From assembly GCA_052386995.1 (NCBI GenBank), contig JBQTJP010000160.1, positions 1-38,788 of the forward strand: DNA of 38,788 nucleotides. Direction: 5' to 3'. This stretch comes from Armatimonadota bacterium. GTDB lineage: Bacteria; Sysuimicrobiota; Sysuimicrobiia; Sysuimicrobiales; Humicultoraceae. The notes beneath the pieces are model-generated. The model worked only from the letters and a program-made list of their open reading frames with translations. It had not been told where the DNA came from and searched no databases. The position numbers and the translations under genes were made by a program. Shown one piece after another: positions 8,129-15,561 of the stretch. The stretch's first letter is position 1. Every line of letters starts with the position of its first letter.

Positions 8129-9499
8129 CTGCTCGTCGTCCCCGAGCACTTCAGGCCTGGCCTGGAGATCGTTCGCCGGCTGCGCGCGGCCGGGTGGGAA
8201 ACCTACCTGGTTGGCGGCATCGTGCGCGACCTGCTGATCGGCCGGCCACCCAAGGATGTCGACATCGTCACCGCGGCCCCGCCTGAAGCCACGGCCGCGC
8301 TGTTCGAACGGACCGTACCGGTGGGCGCGGAGTTCGGGGTCGTGGCGGTCGTGCTCGACGGCCATCCGTACCAGGTGGCGACCTTTCGTCGCGAAGGGCC
8401 GTACCTGGACGGGCGCCGCCCGTCCTTCGTGGAATTCAGCGACGCCCGGTCAGATGTGATGCGGCGCGACTTCACGGTGAATGCGCTGCTCTACGATCCC
8501 GTGGCCGATGCCGTCATCGATCATGTCGGCGGTCGCGCCGACCTCGAGCGGCGCGTGATACGGACCGTCGGCGATCCCACCGAGCGCTTCCTCGAAGACC
8601 GCCTCCGGATGCTCCGCGCCATCCGCTTCGCCGCCGAGCTCGAGTTCGCGATCGACCCGCCGACCCTGGATGCGATCACGGCGCTGGCCCCGCAGGTTGC
8701 CGGCGTCAGCGCGGAGCGCATCCGCGACGAGCTCGTGCGCCTGCTCGTCGCGCCGGGGCGCGCGGCCGGGGTCCGCCTGCTCGAGTCCACCGGACTGCTG
8801 CGCGTGGTTCTCCCCGAGGTGCCTGCGATGCGGGGCGTTCCCCAGCCGCCGGAGTTTCATCCCGAAGGCGATGTCCTGACCCACACGGTCCTGGCGCTGG
8901 AATATCTGGAGGAGCCGTCACCCGTCCTGGCCATGGCGGTGCTGCTGCACGATGTCGGCAAGCCGCCGACCTTTTCGGTGTCCGATCGCATCCGTTTCCA
9001 CAACCACCCGGCCGTAGGAGCGGCGATGGCCGAAGCCATCTGTCAGCGGCTGCGGTTTTCAGCCGCGGATACGCGGGCGATCGTCACGCTCGTGGCCGAT
9101 CACCTCCGCATCGGCGACCTGCCCGCGATGCGCCCAGGGCGCGCCGCACGCTTCTTACGCCGCGCCGAGATCGACGATTTACTCGAACTTCACCGCGTGG
9201 ACTGCCTGGCCAGCCACCGCAACTTGGCGACCTATGAGTGGGTCGTGCAGGCGCGCCGCGGCATGTCCGCTGAGCCGCCGCCGCGTCTGCTGACCGGTGA
9301 CGATCTGATCGCGCTGGGGTATCCCCCGAGCCCGCGCTTTGCGGAGATGCTGGAAGCGGCGGAGGTCGCTCAGGCCGAGGAGGAGTTCACAACCCGGGAG
9401 GAGGCCCGCGCCTGGATCCGCGCGCGCTTTCCTGAAGGAGAGGTTTCCGCCACCGCAGAACCGCATGAACAGCGCGGCACCGGGCGCGCGGGAGAGTAG
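8129..9499 (+). CDS. cca: CCA tRNA nucleotidyltransferase with HD domain (probable CTG start)
   Basis: YLVGGIVRD..DVDI, RRDFTVNA, EDRLRMLRAIRF, SAERIRDE, H..GDV..HT, LLHDVGKP. The N-terminus of track ORF 7832 is only an out-of-frame overlap with ytxH. Confidence 0.93.
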   Translation: MLVVPEHFRPGLEIVRRLRAAGWETYLVGGIVRDLLIGRPPKDVDIVTAAPPEATAALFERTVPVGAEFGVVAVVLDGHPYQVATFRREGPYLDGRRPSFVEFSDARSDVMRRDFTVNALLYDPVADAVIDHVGGRADLERRVIRTVGDPTERFLEDRLRMLRAIRFAAELEFAIDPPTLDAITALAPQVAGVSAERIRDELVRLLVAPGRAAGVRLLESTGLLRVVLPEVPAMRGVPQPPEFHPEGDVLTHTVLALEYLEEPSPVLAMAVLLHDVGKPPTFSVSDRIRFHNHPAVGAAMAEAICQRLRFSAADTRAIVTLVADHLRIGDLPAMRPGRAARFLRRAEIDDLLELHRVDCLASHRNLATYEWVVQARRGMSAEPPPRLLTGDDLIALGYPPSPRFAEMLEAAEVAQAEEEFTTREEARAWIRARFPEGEVSATAEPHEQRGTGRAGE

Positions 9500-9500
9500 C

Positions 9501-9656
9501 ATGTCCGAACGCGACTACCTGGGATTCTTCCTCTGGGGCATGGCCTTCATGATCGCTGTCGGCGGCATGATCGGTTCGATGTGGCCGAGTCTGGTCCGGT
9601 TCGTCGACGGGAAGATGTTGAAGAAGCCGGAGGAACCCGGCGGCGAGAAACACTGA
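9501..9656 (+). CDS. Small (51 aa) single-pass membrane protein, unknown function
   Basis: MSERDYLGFFLWGMAFMIAVGGMIGSMWPSLVRFVDGKMLKKPEEPGGEKH; GGAGAG SD; starts 1 nt after the cca stop; one hydrophobic segment; GC3-rich codons. Confidence 0.75.
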   Translation: MSERDYLGFFLWGMAFMIAVGGMIGSMWPSLVRFVDGKMLKKPEEPGGEKH

Positions 9657-9819
9657 GCGCACTGATCACCGCGCGGCTAAGCAGGGCAATCGACGCGCAG
9701 AGCTGGTAGCCTTACGCCCGGGGCTCACCCTGGGCCTTGGCCGCACTTGCCTGTGATGCCTCTGGTGTTATTTGGAAGCCTCGCACGGCCCGCCAAGCAG
9801 CGCACTAGGGGCGACGATA

Positions 9820-9853
9820 TTGACTGTTCATATTACGCGTATTACAATGTAAT
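9820..9853 (+). promoter_or_regulatory. Strong sigma70 promoter with overlapping palindromic operator for the TA operon
   Basis: TTGACT (9820-9825), 17 nt, TACAAT (9843-9848); perfect inverted repeat ATTACA-A-TGTAAT (9841-9853) over the -10; TATTAC direct repeats at 9831 and 9840. Confidence 0.8.
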
Positions 9854-9889
9854 TGGCTGAGGCGTGATCTTGAGACAGAGGCGGACAGC

Positions 9890-10528
9890 GTGATGGCCAG
9901 GGCCAGGCGTGGATTTTGGAGCAGGGAAGATGTCCAGGCGATTCTGGCGAGGCACGTGCGTGGGGAGGTCACTCTCGACGAGGCTGCTGGGGGAATTCAG
10001 GCGCTCGGCGAGAAAGACGGTGTGACGAAGTCAATCGACGAGTTGAGAGAAGACGTCAAGTACTATGCGCCTGGAGTGCACAGAAAACTAGGGTTGTTGC
10101 CCCCTGCAAAGACGCAGGGTGTGACCGTTCGATTAAGTAGGGCCGCCATGGAGTCGTTTAAGGATCTGGCGCGGCGCACTTCCAGGTCCCTGGGCTCTGT
10201 GGTCGGCGAGGCGGCGGAGGAGGCATTACGAATGCGACAGCATCCCGGCATCGTCTTCGCGGGTCCTGTGGGTGACCGCCGGGCTCGCCTTGAGGGTGGC
10301 CCGGATGTGTGGGAGGTTGTAGCTGTTCATCTGGAGGGCGGCGAAGACAAGGCGCGAACGCTCCGGGTGCTCACTCATCTCATACCGGGGCAGCTCGACG
10401 TGGCGCTGCAGTACTCTCACGCTCATTCTGAAGAGATCGACCGCCTGATCGCCGAGAACGAGCGACCGATTGACGAGTGGCAGCGGCTCTATCCTCATCT
10501 CGCACCTGGGCCACCGACTACCGTCTAG
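9890..10528 (+). CDS. Putative antitoxin: N-terminal extension + ribbon-helix-helix + DUF433-like domain
   Basis: TQGVTVRL beta-strand plus two helices (RHH-like); HPGIVF.GP.GDRRARL.GGPDVWEVV...L..GQLDVALQY...H.EEID resembles DUF433; directly upstream of a PIN-like gene. Confidence 0.75.
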   Translation: MMARARRGFWSREDVQAILARHVRGEVTLDEAAGGIQALGEKDGVTKSIDELREDVKYYAPGVHRKLGLLPPAKTQGVTVRLSRAAMESFKDLARRTSRSLGSVVGEAAEEALRMRQHPGIVFAGPVGDRRARLEGGPDVWEVVAVHLEGGEDKARTLRVLTHLIPGQLDVALQYSHAHSEEIDRLIAENERPIDEWQRLYPHLAPGPPTTV

Positions 10529-10531
10529 CCA

Positions 10532-11146
10532 GTGCGGCTGTGGCTCGACGAGATGATCTCGGCCGAGGTCGCCCGGCAGCTCAGACAGATGGGCCACGAT
10601 GTGGCCGCCGTTCAGGAACAAGAGCAGCGTTGGGCCTGGGGTCGTGACGACGCCGAGCAACTCGAGGCTGCCGCACGTCAGGGACGCGCGCTCGTCTCGT
10701 GCAACCTGCGGGACTTTATTTCTCTCTCACGGCAGTGGGCTGAGGATCGGCGGACGCATTGGGGTATTGTGCTGATTCACTCCCGGACCATTTCACAGCA
10801 CGACATCGGCAGGCTGGTGCGGCACCTGGCTGGGCTCTTGGCCGCCCATCCCAGTGACGAGGCCCTGAAGGATCGCGTCCTGTTCTTGACCGCGGACGCC
10901 GTTTTGACTGGTACTCGGTCCGGACCGAGTTCCTTCTGCTACTTGCGCTTCTTGGCCGGCTGCTTGGCGCCGTCGCCATCCCCGGCGACCTTGGCCGCGG
11001 TGCTCACCTTGAAATCTTTCTCCAGGCGGTTGAGCCTTGTGACGATCCCGCCGTACTCCAGCTCGCTGTACGGGAGCATCGCCGGCTCGAAGAAGCCCTG
11101 CCGCCGCATGTCGATGGCCTTGGCGGCCGCCCGCTCGCGGACGTGA
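10532..11146 (+). CDS. PIN-like toxin (DUF5615/VapC45-like); domain ends near 10888 but the frame continues into fbp
   Basis: MRLWLDEMIS..VARQLR..GHDV...DDAEQL..A..QGRALVSCNLRDF...HWGIVL motifs. Confidence 0.8.
   Translation: MRLWLDEMISAEVARQLRQMGHDVAAVQEQEQRWAWGRDDAEQLEAAARQGRALVSCNLRDFISLSRQWAEDRRTHWGIVLIHSRTISQHDIGRLVRHLAGLLAAHPSDEALKDRVLFLTADAVLTGTRSGPSSFCYLRFLAGCLAPSPSPATLAAVLTLKSFSRRLSLVTIPPYSSSLYGSIAGSKKPCRRMSMALAAARSRT
10913..10930. terminator. Perfect 18-bp palindrome between the convergent toxin and fbp genes; possible bidirectional terminator
   Basis: ACTCGGTCCGGACCGAGT, 8 nt downstream of the fbp stop; followed by TCCTTCT on the + strand. Confidence 0.5.
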
Positions 11147-12099
11147 TACCAGAACGGATCGGCGAACAGATCGCTCGGGCCGGTGAGCAGCCCCTCGTGA
11201 ATGGAGAACCCCAGCGCCGAGACCATCGGAATGCAGAAGAACGTGGACGCGGCCGTGTTCATCGGCACCGGCATGAACGGCAGGTTGTGACTGCCGCGGG
11301 TGTCGCCTCCGACGAACGCGTTGATCGCAAACGGCGGGCCAAACTCCTCGGTCGCGGGGAAGATCTTCTGCGTGCGGACGACCGCAGGCGGGTCGTCCTT
11401 CCCCACGTATTTCCCCGCGATGTTTCGCAGACGCTCGGTGCCAACGGCTACGGCCTGCTCATCGGGGTACTTGCGTGACCAGATCGACCTGATGGCGAAC
11501 CGGTTCGTGTCGCGGAGCAGCGCCGCGATGTCGTAGAGCCGCTCGGGAGCGTCGAGCGCGATGACGCGGTCGCCTTCGGCATGATCCATGTCCAGGATGT
11601 GGAATGTGAAGCCGTCGTGGAGACCCTCGGAGATGAGCAGCCCAGGCGAATACATCGGATCGGCGAACGACAGGTAGAGGGGCAGGCTGAAGGCACCCGG
11701 ACCGCACTTGTCTCCGAGCAGCACCATGATGGCTTCGTTGGGCCGCTCGGTGAACTCCATCTCGGCCGACCCCGGACCCATGCCGCGGACGTTCCCTGAG
11801 AAGGCGTCCTTCAACAGATCCTGCCCCGCGCCGTAGAGGCCCTGCGCCTTGGCCTTGTCGGTGCAGGCCAGGAAGGTGTCCCAGGCCAGCTGATGGACGC
11901 GTGAGTTCTCGACGCCGTTGGTATGGGTCATGATAAACGCGATGTCGTCGCCGGTGTGACACACGAACGCGTCGATGAGGAGGGAACCTTTGGCGTCGCC
12001 GATGCGCTCGCGGGCGATCGCTATAATCTCTGGGCTTGGTACCGTGTGGCCGCCGATCGCTCCGATATCTGCTTTGATGACGCTCAGCGTGACCCGCAT
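10939..12099 (-). CDS. fbp: Bifunctional fructose-1,6-bisphosphate aldolase/phosphatase (class V FBPase)
   Basis: MRVTLSVIKADIG.IGGH, GDDI, GLYGAGQDLLKDAFSGNVRGMGP, RLRNIAGKYVGKDDP, RGSH, EPAMLP..ELEY; ATG at 12099 with GGTGGGAG SD; 386 aa. Confidence 0.95.
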   Translation of the reverse strand: MRVTLSVIKADIGAIGGHTVPSPEIIAIARERIGDAKGSLLIDAFVCHTGDDIAFIMTHTNGVENSRVHQLAWDTFLACTDKAKAQGLYGAGQDLLKDAFSGNVRGMGPGSAEMEFTERPNEAIMVLLGDKCGPGAFSLPLYLSFADPMYSPGLLISEGLHDGFTFHILDMDHAEGDRVIALDAPERLYDIAALLRDTNRFAIRSIWSRKYPDEQAVAVGTERLRNIAGKYVGKDDPPAVVRTQKIFPATEEFGPPFAINAFVGGDTRGSHNLPFMPVPMNTAASTFFCIPMVSALGFSIHEGLLTGPSDLFADPFWYHVRERAAAKAIDMRRQGFFEPAMLPYSELEYGGIVTRLNRLEKDFKVSTAAKVAGDGDGAKQPAKKRK

Positions 12100-12234
12100 T
12101 TCTCCCACCTCGACTTCGGCTTTGGCCCGCCCCAGGGCTCTGCCTAAATAATACCCGAACAAGGAGAAGGTTCCTGTCGGGTCGAACAGCCAGGGCCAGG
12201 CGCGAGGCGCCGCGCCCGAGGTGGAGGAGCACGT

Positions 12235-13047
12235 GTGAGCGGCGAGGCCTTGGTCATCGGGATGGTCAACCAGAAGGGCGGCTGTGGCAAGACGACCACG
12301 GCCGTCAACCTTGCCGCCTCCCTCGCCGCCAGCGGGCACAAGACGCTGTTGATCGACTTCGATCCCCAGGCGAACGCCACCCTTGGGGTCGGGCTCGATC
12401 CCGGCACGGTGGACCGGACGATCTACCACGTGATGGTCGGCCCCGAGCACGACGGGATGCCGGTGGATTCGATCGTCTTCCCCACGGTCGACAAGAAGCT
12501 CGATGTCGCTCCCGCGTCGATCGACCTGGCCGCGGTGGAGCTCGAACTGGCCGCGCAGATCGGACGCGAGACGACGCTGCGTCGGCGCCTGTCGCCGGTG
12601 CGCGACCGGTACGAGTTCATCATCATCGACAGCCCGCCGTCTCTGGGCCTGCTGACCGTCAACGCGCTGGTGGCCAGCGACGGGATCATCATCCCCATCC
12701 AGACGCACTACTACGCGCTGGTGGGGATGCGGGCGTTGCTCAGGACGCTCAAGATGATTCAGGAAGGGATCGGCTATCAGATCGAGGTCCTGGGCGTCCT
12801 GCCCACGATGCACGACTCGCGCACGGCGATTAGCAAGGAGATCGTTGCCGGCATCCACGACTTCTTCCCGAACAAGGTGTATCAGACGACGATTCACTTC
12901 AACATCAAACTCGTGGAGTCGTCGATGGCCGGCGTCCCGCTCTTTCTCCGCAATCCGGAGTCGCGGGGCGCGAAAGAATACATGAATCTGGCTCAAGAGG
13001 TGATCGCTCATGCCAAGCGGGCGCGAGGAGCTCCGGCGCGGCGTTAG
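12235..13047 (+). CDS. ParA/Soj family ATPase (orphan, no parB)
   Basis: Deviant Walker A NQKGGCGKTTT, LIDFDPQANAT, IIIDSPPSLGLLTVNAL, TMHDSRT; GGAGGAG SD. Confidence 0.95.
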   Translation: MSGEALVIGMVNQKGGCGKTTTAVNLAASLAASGHKTLLIDFDPQANATLGVGLDPGTVDRTIYHVMVGPEHDGMPVDSIVFPTVDKKLDVAPASIDLAAVELELAAQIGRETTLRRRLSPVRDRYEFIIIDSPPSLGLLTVNALVASDGIIIPIQTHYYALVGMRALLRTLKMIQEGIGYQIEVLGVLPTMHDSRTAISKEIVAGIHDFFPNKVYQTTIHFNIKLVESSMAGVPLFLRNPESRGAKEYMNLAQEVIAHAKRARGAPARR

Positions 13048-13435
13048 GGACCTGATCGAGACCGCATCACGCGAGATGGGCGAGCTGGTAGACAGCGCGC
13101 CCCCACCGCCGGTGATCGAATCGCGCGACGCGACCGCGTCCGCGTCCTCCGAGATCAAACCGGTGTTGCGGCTCGTGCGGCCTGGGTCGGCGCCCTCCGT
13201 CGGGCCGGGCTCGGCGATCGCACCCCACATGCCCCCGGCCGTGGAGGCCAGTGGGGTGCACACACGGAGGGGGGTTTGCACCGCGTATTACATCAGCCGG
13301 AGATGCTGGGAGGTTCCGGACGCCTACTGCAACCAGGCGCTGCACGTCTGCATGTTGCGGGAGTGCCCGGTCTACCACCTCAACCGCGAGCAACTCGAAG
13401 AACGGTTCTCGCGCAAGTTCGCGCACCTCTGGTAG
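13010..13435 (+). CDS. Hypothetical ParA partner with ParB-like N-terminal peptide, Pro-rich linker and Cys-rich C-terminal domain
   Basis: GAGGTG SD inside parA, 38-nt overlap; REELRRGVRDLI N-terminus; C-x8-CW-x6-C-x6-C-x4-CPVY C-terminus. Confidence 0.8.
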   Translation: MPSGREELRRGVRDLIETASREMGELVDSAPPPPVIESRDATASASSEIKPVLRLVRPGSAPSVGPGSAIAPHMPPAVEASGVHTRRGVCTAYYISRRCWEVPDAYCNQALHVCMLRECPVYHLNREQLEERFSRKFAHLW

Positions 13436-13470
13436 CCGCGGCTGTTCTGCGGCGCCTTGGCGCGAAACGC

Positions 13471-14118
13471 CTAGGGGCACAGATCGAGGTCCAGCAGCGC
13501 GCGCAGGTCGCTGACCCACGCCCACGGGCGGATGCCACGGGCTTCGACCTCCGCCTGCCGAGCGCCGACGCCAATGAACCGGATGCCCGCCGCCTCCGCC
13601 GCCAGGGCATCGATCCAGGAATCCCCAACGAGATAGACCGCGCCGGTCGGTCCAAGGCGATCGAGAATCAGACGCACGCCCGCGGGATCCGGTTTGAGCG
13701 CGGACGCATCGCTACGCGTGATCGTCAGCTCGATCAGCGGCGCGAGGTCCAGGCTCTCCAGCAGGCGGATGGTCGCGGGCCTGGTATTGTTCGTCAGCAC
13801 GGCGAGTCGGATGCCGCGCCCGGCAAGACTCTCCAGCACGGGCCGCGCGTGCGGCATCGCCGGGGCGCCGTCCAATCCCGCGGTCTCGTAGGCCTCGATC
13901 GTTGCCCATGCCGCGTCGGTCAGCGCGGGCGATGCCGCGAGCGCCTGCTCGACGATGTCGCGGATCGGCAGACGTAGCAGCGCGTCCCGCGTATCCGGCA
14001 GCGGGGCCGCCGACGCCCAGAGGTCGATCAGCGCCCCGCGCAGCTCGATGAAGTCGATCTTCGAGTCGATCAACGTGTTGTCGAAGTCGAAGATCATCAG
14101 GACGGACGCCGCGCTCAT
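13471..14118 (-). CDS. HAD-superfamily hydrolase (phosphoglycolate phosphatase-like)
   Basis: Motif [34 protein letters not shown] at 14118. Confidence 0.9.
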   Translation of the reverse strand: MSAASVLMIFDFDNTLIDSKIDFIELRGALIDLWASAAPLPDTRDALLRLPIRDIVEQALAASPALTDAAWATIEAYETAGLDGAPAMPHARPVLESLAGRGIRLAVLTNNTRPATIRLLESLDLAPLIELTITRSDASALKPDPAGVRLILDRLGPTGAVYLVGDSWIDALAAEAAGIRFIGVGARQAEVEARGIRPWAWVSDLRALLDLDLCP

Positions 14119-14172
14119 GCCGTCGGGACATTCCGCATCTCGCCGCGGCCTCCTACCCCGATCGGAGGGGCC

Positions 14173-15480
14173 ATGACCGACGAATCCGTGCGCGTGTCCA
14201 TCGACAGACTCCGAGATTTCGCGGGACGCCGGGTCGAGCTGTGCGGTTGGCTGTACAATCGGCGGAGCAGTGGCAAGGTCCAGTTCCTCCTGGTGCGCGA
14301 CGGCACGGGCATCGTGCAGGCCGTCGTCGCCAGGCCGCAGGCGTCCGAGGACACCTTCGCGGTCGCCGACCGCCTCTCGCAGGAGAGCAGCATCATCGTC
14401 ACCGGCGTCGTGCGCGAAGATGCGCGGGCACCGGGCGGCGTCGAGCTGAGCGTGACGCGTCTGGTCGTCGTGCAGCAGGCCGAGCCGTATCCGATCACGC
14501 CAAAAGAGCACGGCGTTGAGTTCCTCATGGACCACCGCCACCTGTGGCTCCGCAGCACCCGGCAGCACGCTCTGCTGCGTGTGCGCGCCGAGATCATCCG
14601 CGCGATGACCGACTTTCTGGATAGCCGCGGGTACCTCCGTGTCGATACACCTATCCTCACGCCCGCGGCCGTCGAAGGGACGACAACGCTGTTTGGGACA
14701 GAGTACTTCGACCTGGGGACCGCCTACCTGACACAGTCGGGGCAGTTGTACAACGAAGCCACGGCCATGGCCTTCGGACGCGTCTACTGCTTCGGTCCGA
14801 CCTTTCGCGCCGAGAAGAGCAAGACCCGCCGGCACCTGATCGAGTTCTGGATGCTCGAGCCCGAGGCGGCCTACCTCGACTTCGAGGGGTACATGGTGCT
14901 CGCGGAGGCATTTGTCGCCAGCGTGGTCGCGCGTGTGCTCGAGCGTTGCCGCGCGGAGCTGGCGACGCTCGAGCGCGATATCACACCGCTGGAACGCGTG
15001 GTGGCGCCGTTTCCCCGCATCTCCTACGATGACGCGTTACGCCTGCTCGCCGAGAAGGGCAAAGCCGTTCCCTGGGGAGAGGACTTGGGCGGGGACGAGG
15101 AGACCGCCGTCTCCGAGCATTTCGACCGCCCGGTCTTCGTGCATCGCTATCCGGCGCAGTGCAAGGCATTCTACATGCAGCCGGACCCGCAGCGGCCGGA
15201 GGTCGTGCTGGGCGCCGACCTGCTGGCGCCCGAGGGCTACGGAGAGATCATCGGCGGCGGCGAGCGCATCCACGATCTCGCGCTGCTGGAGCGGCGGCTG
15301 GCCGAGCACAACCTCCCCAAGAAGACCTACCAATGGTATCTGGATCTCCGCCGGTATGGGTCGGTGCCGCATTCGGGGTTCGGCATCGGCATCGAGCGCA
15401 CGGTCGCCTGGCTGTGCGGGATCGAGCACGTGCGGGAGGCGATTCCGTTCCCGCGGCTGCTCAATCGACTGTACCCGTAA
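14173..15480 (+). CDS. asnS: Asparagine--tRNA ligase
   Basis: [77 protein letters not shown]. Confidence 0.97.
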   Translation: MTDESVRVSIDRLRDFAGRRVELCGWLYNRRSSGKVQFLLVRDGTGIVQAVVARPQASEDTFAVADRLSQESSIIVTGVVREDARAPGGVELSVTRLVVVQQAEPYPITPKEHGVEFLMDHRHLWLRSTRQHALLRVRAEIIRAMTDFLDSRGYLRVDTPILTPAAVEGTTTLFGTEYFDLGTAYLTQSGQLYNEATAMAFGRVYCFGPTFRAEKSKTRRHLIEFWMLEPEAAYLDFEGYMVLAEAFVASVVARVLERCRAELATLERDITPLERVVAPFPRISYDDALRLLAEKGKAVPWGEDLGGDEETAVSEHFDRPVFVHRYPAQCKAFYMQPDPQRPEVVLGADLLAPEGYGEIIGGGERIHDLALLERRLAEHNLPKKTYQWYLDLRRYGSVPHSGFGIGIERTVAWLCGIEHVREAIPFPRLLNRLYP

Positions 15481-15501
15481 CGACCTTTAGTCGCCGTTGA
15501 T

Positions 15502-15537
15502 GAAACGAAGTGGGGGCGGGGATTGCTCCCCGCCCCC
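15502..15537 (-). terminator. Terminator between convergent asnS and subtilase genes
   Basis: GGGGGCGGGGA-ttgc-TCCCCGCCCCC (15512-15537); on the minus strand it is followed by ACTTCGTTTC. Confidence 0.7.
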
Positions 15538-15561
15538 GACACTCGCATGCGGCCGGGCGCC

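Noticed and set aside
9657..9810. AGCGCACT occurring twice upstream of the TA module, as a possible insertion scar
   Set aside because: Only 8 bp, both copies lie on the same side of the module, and no transposase or integrase is present.
12100..13281. 780-aa ORF suggesting an N-terminally extended FBPase fusion
   Set aside because: The extension is the antisense shadow of parA and its partner; fbp has its own SD and family-typical start at 12099.
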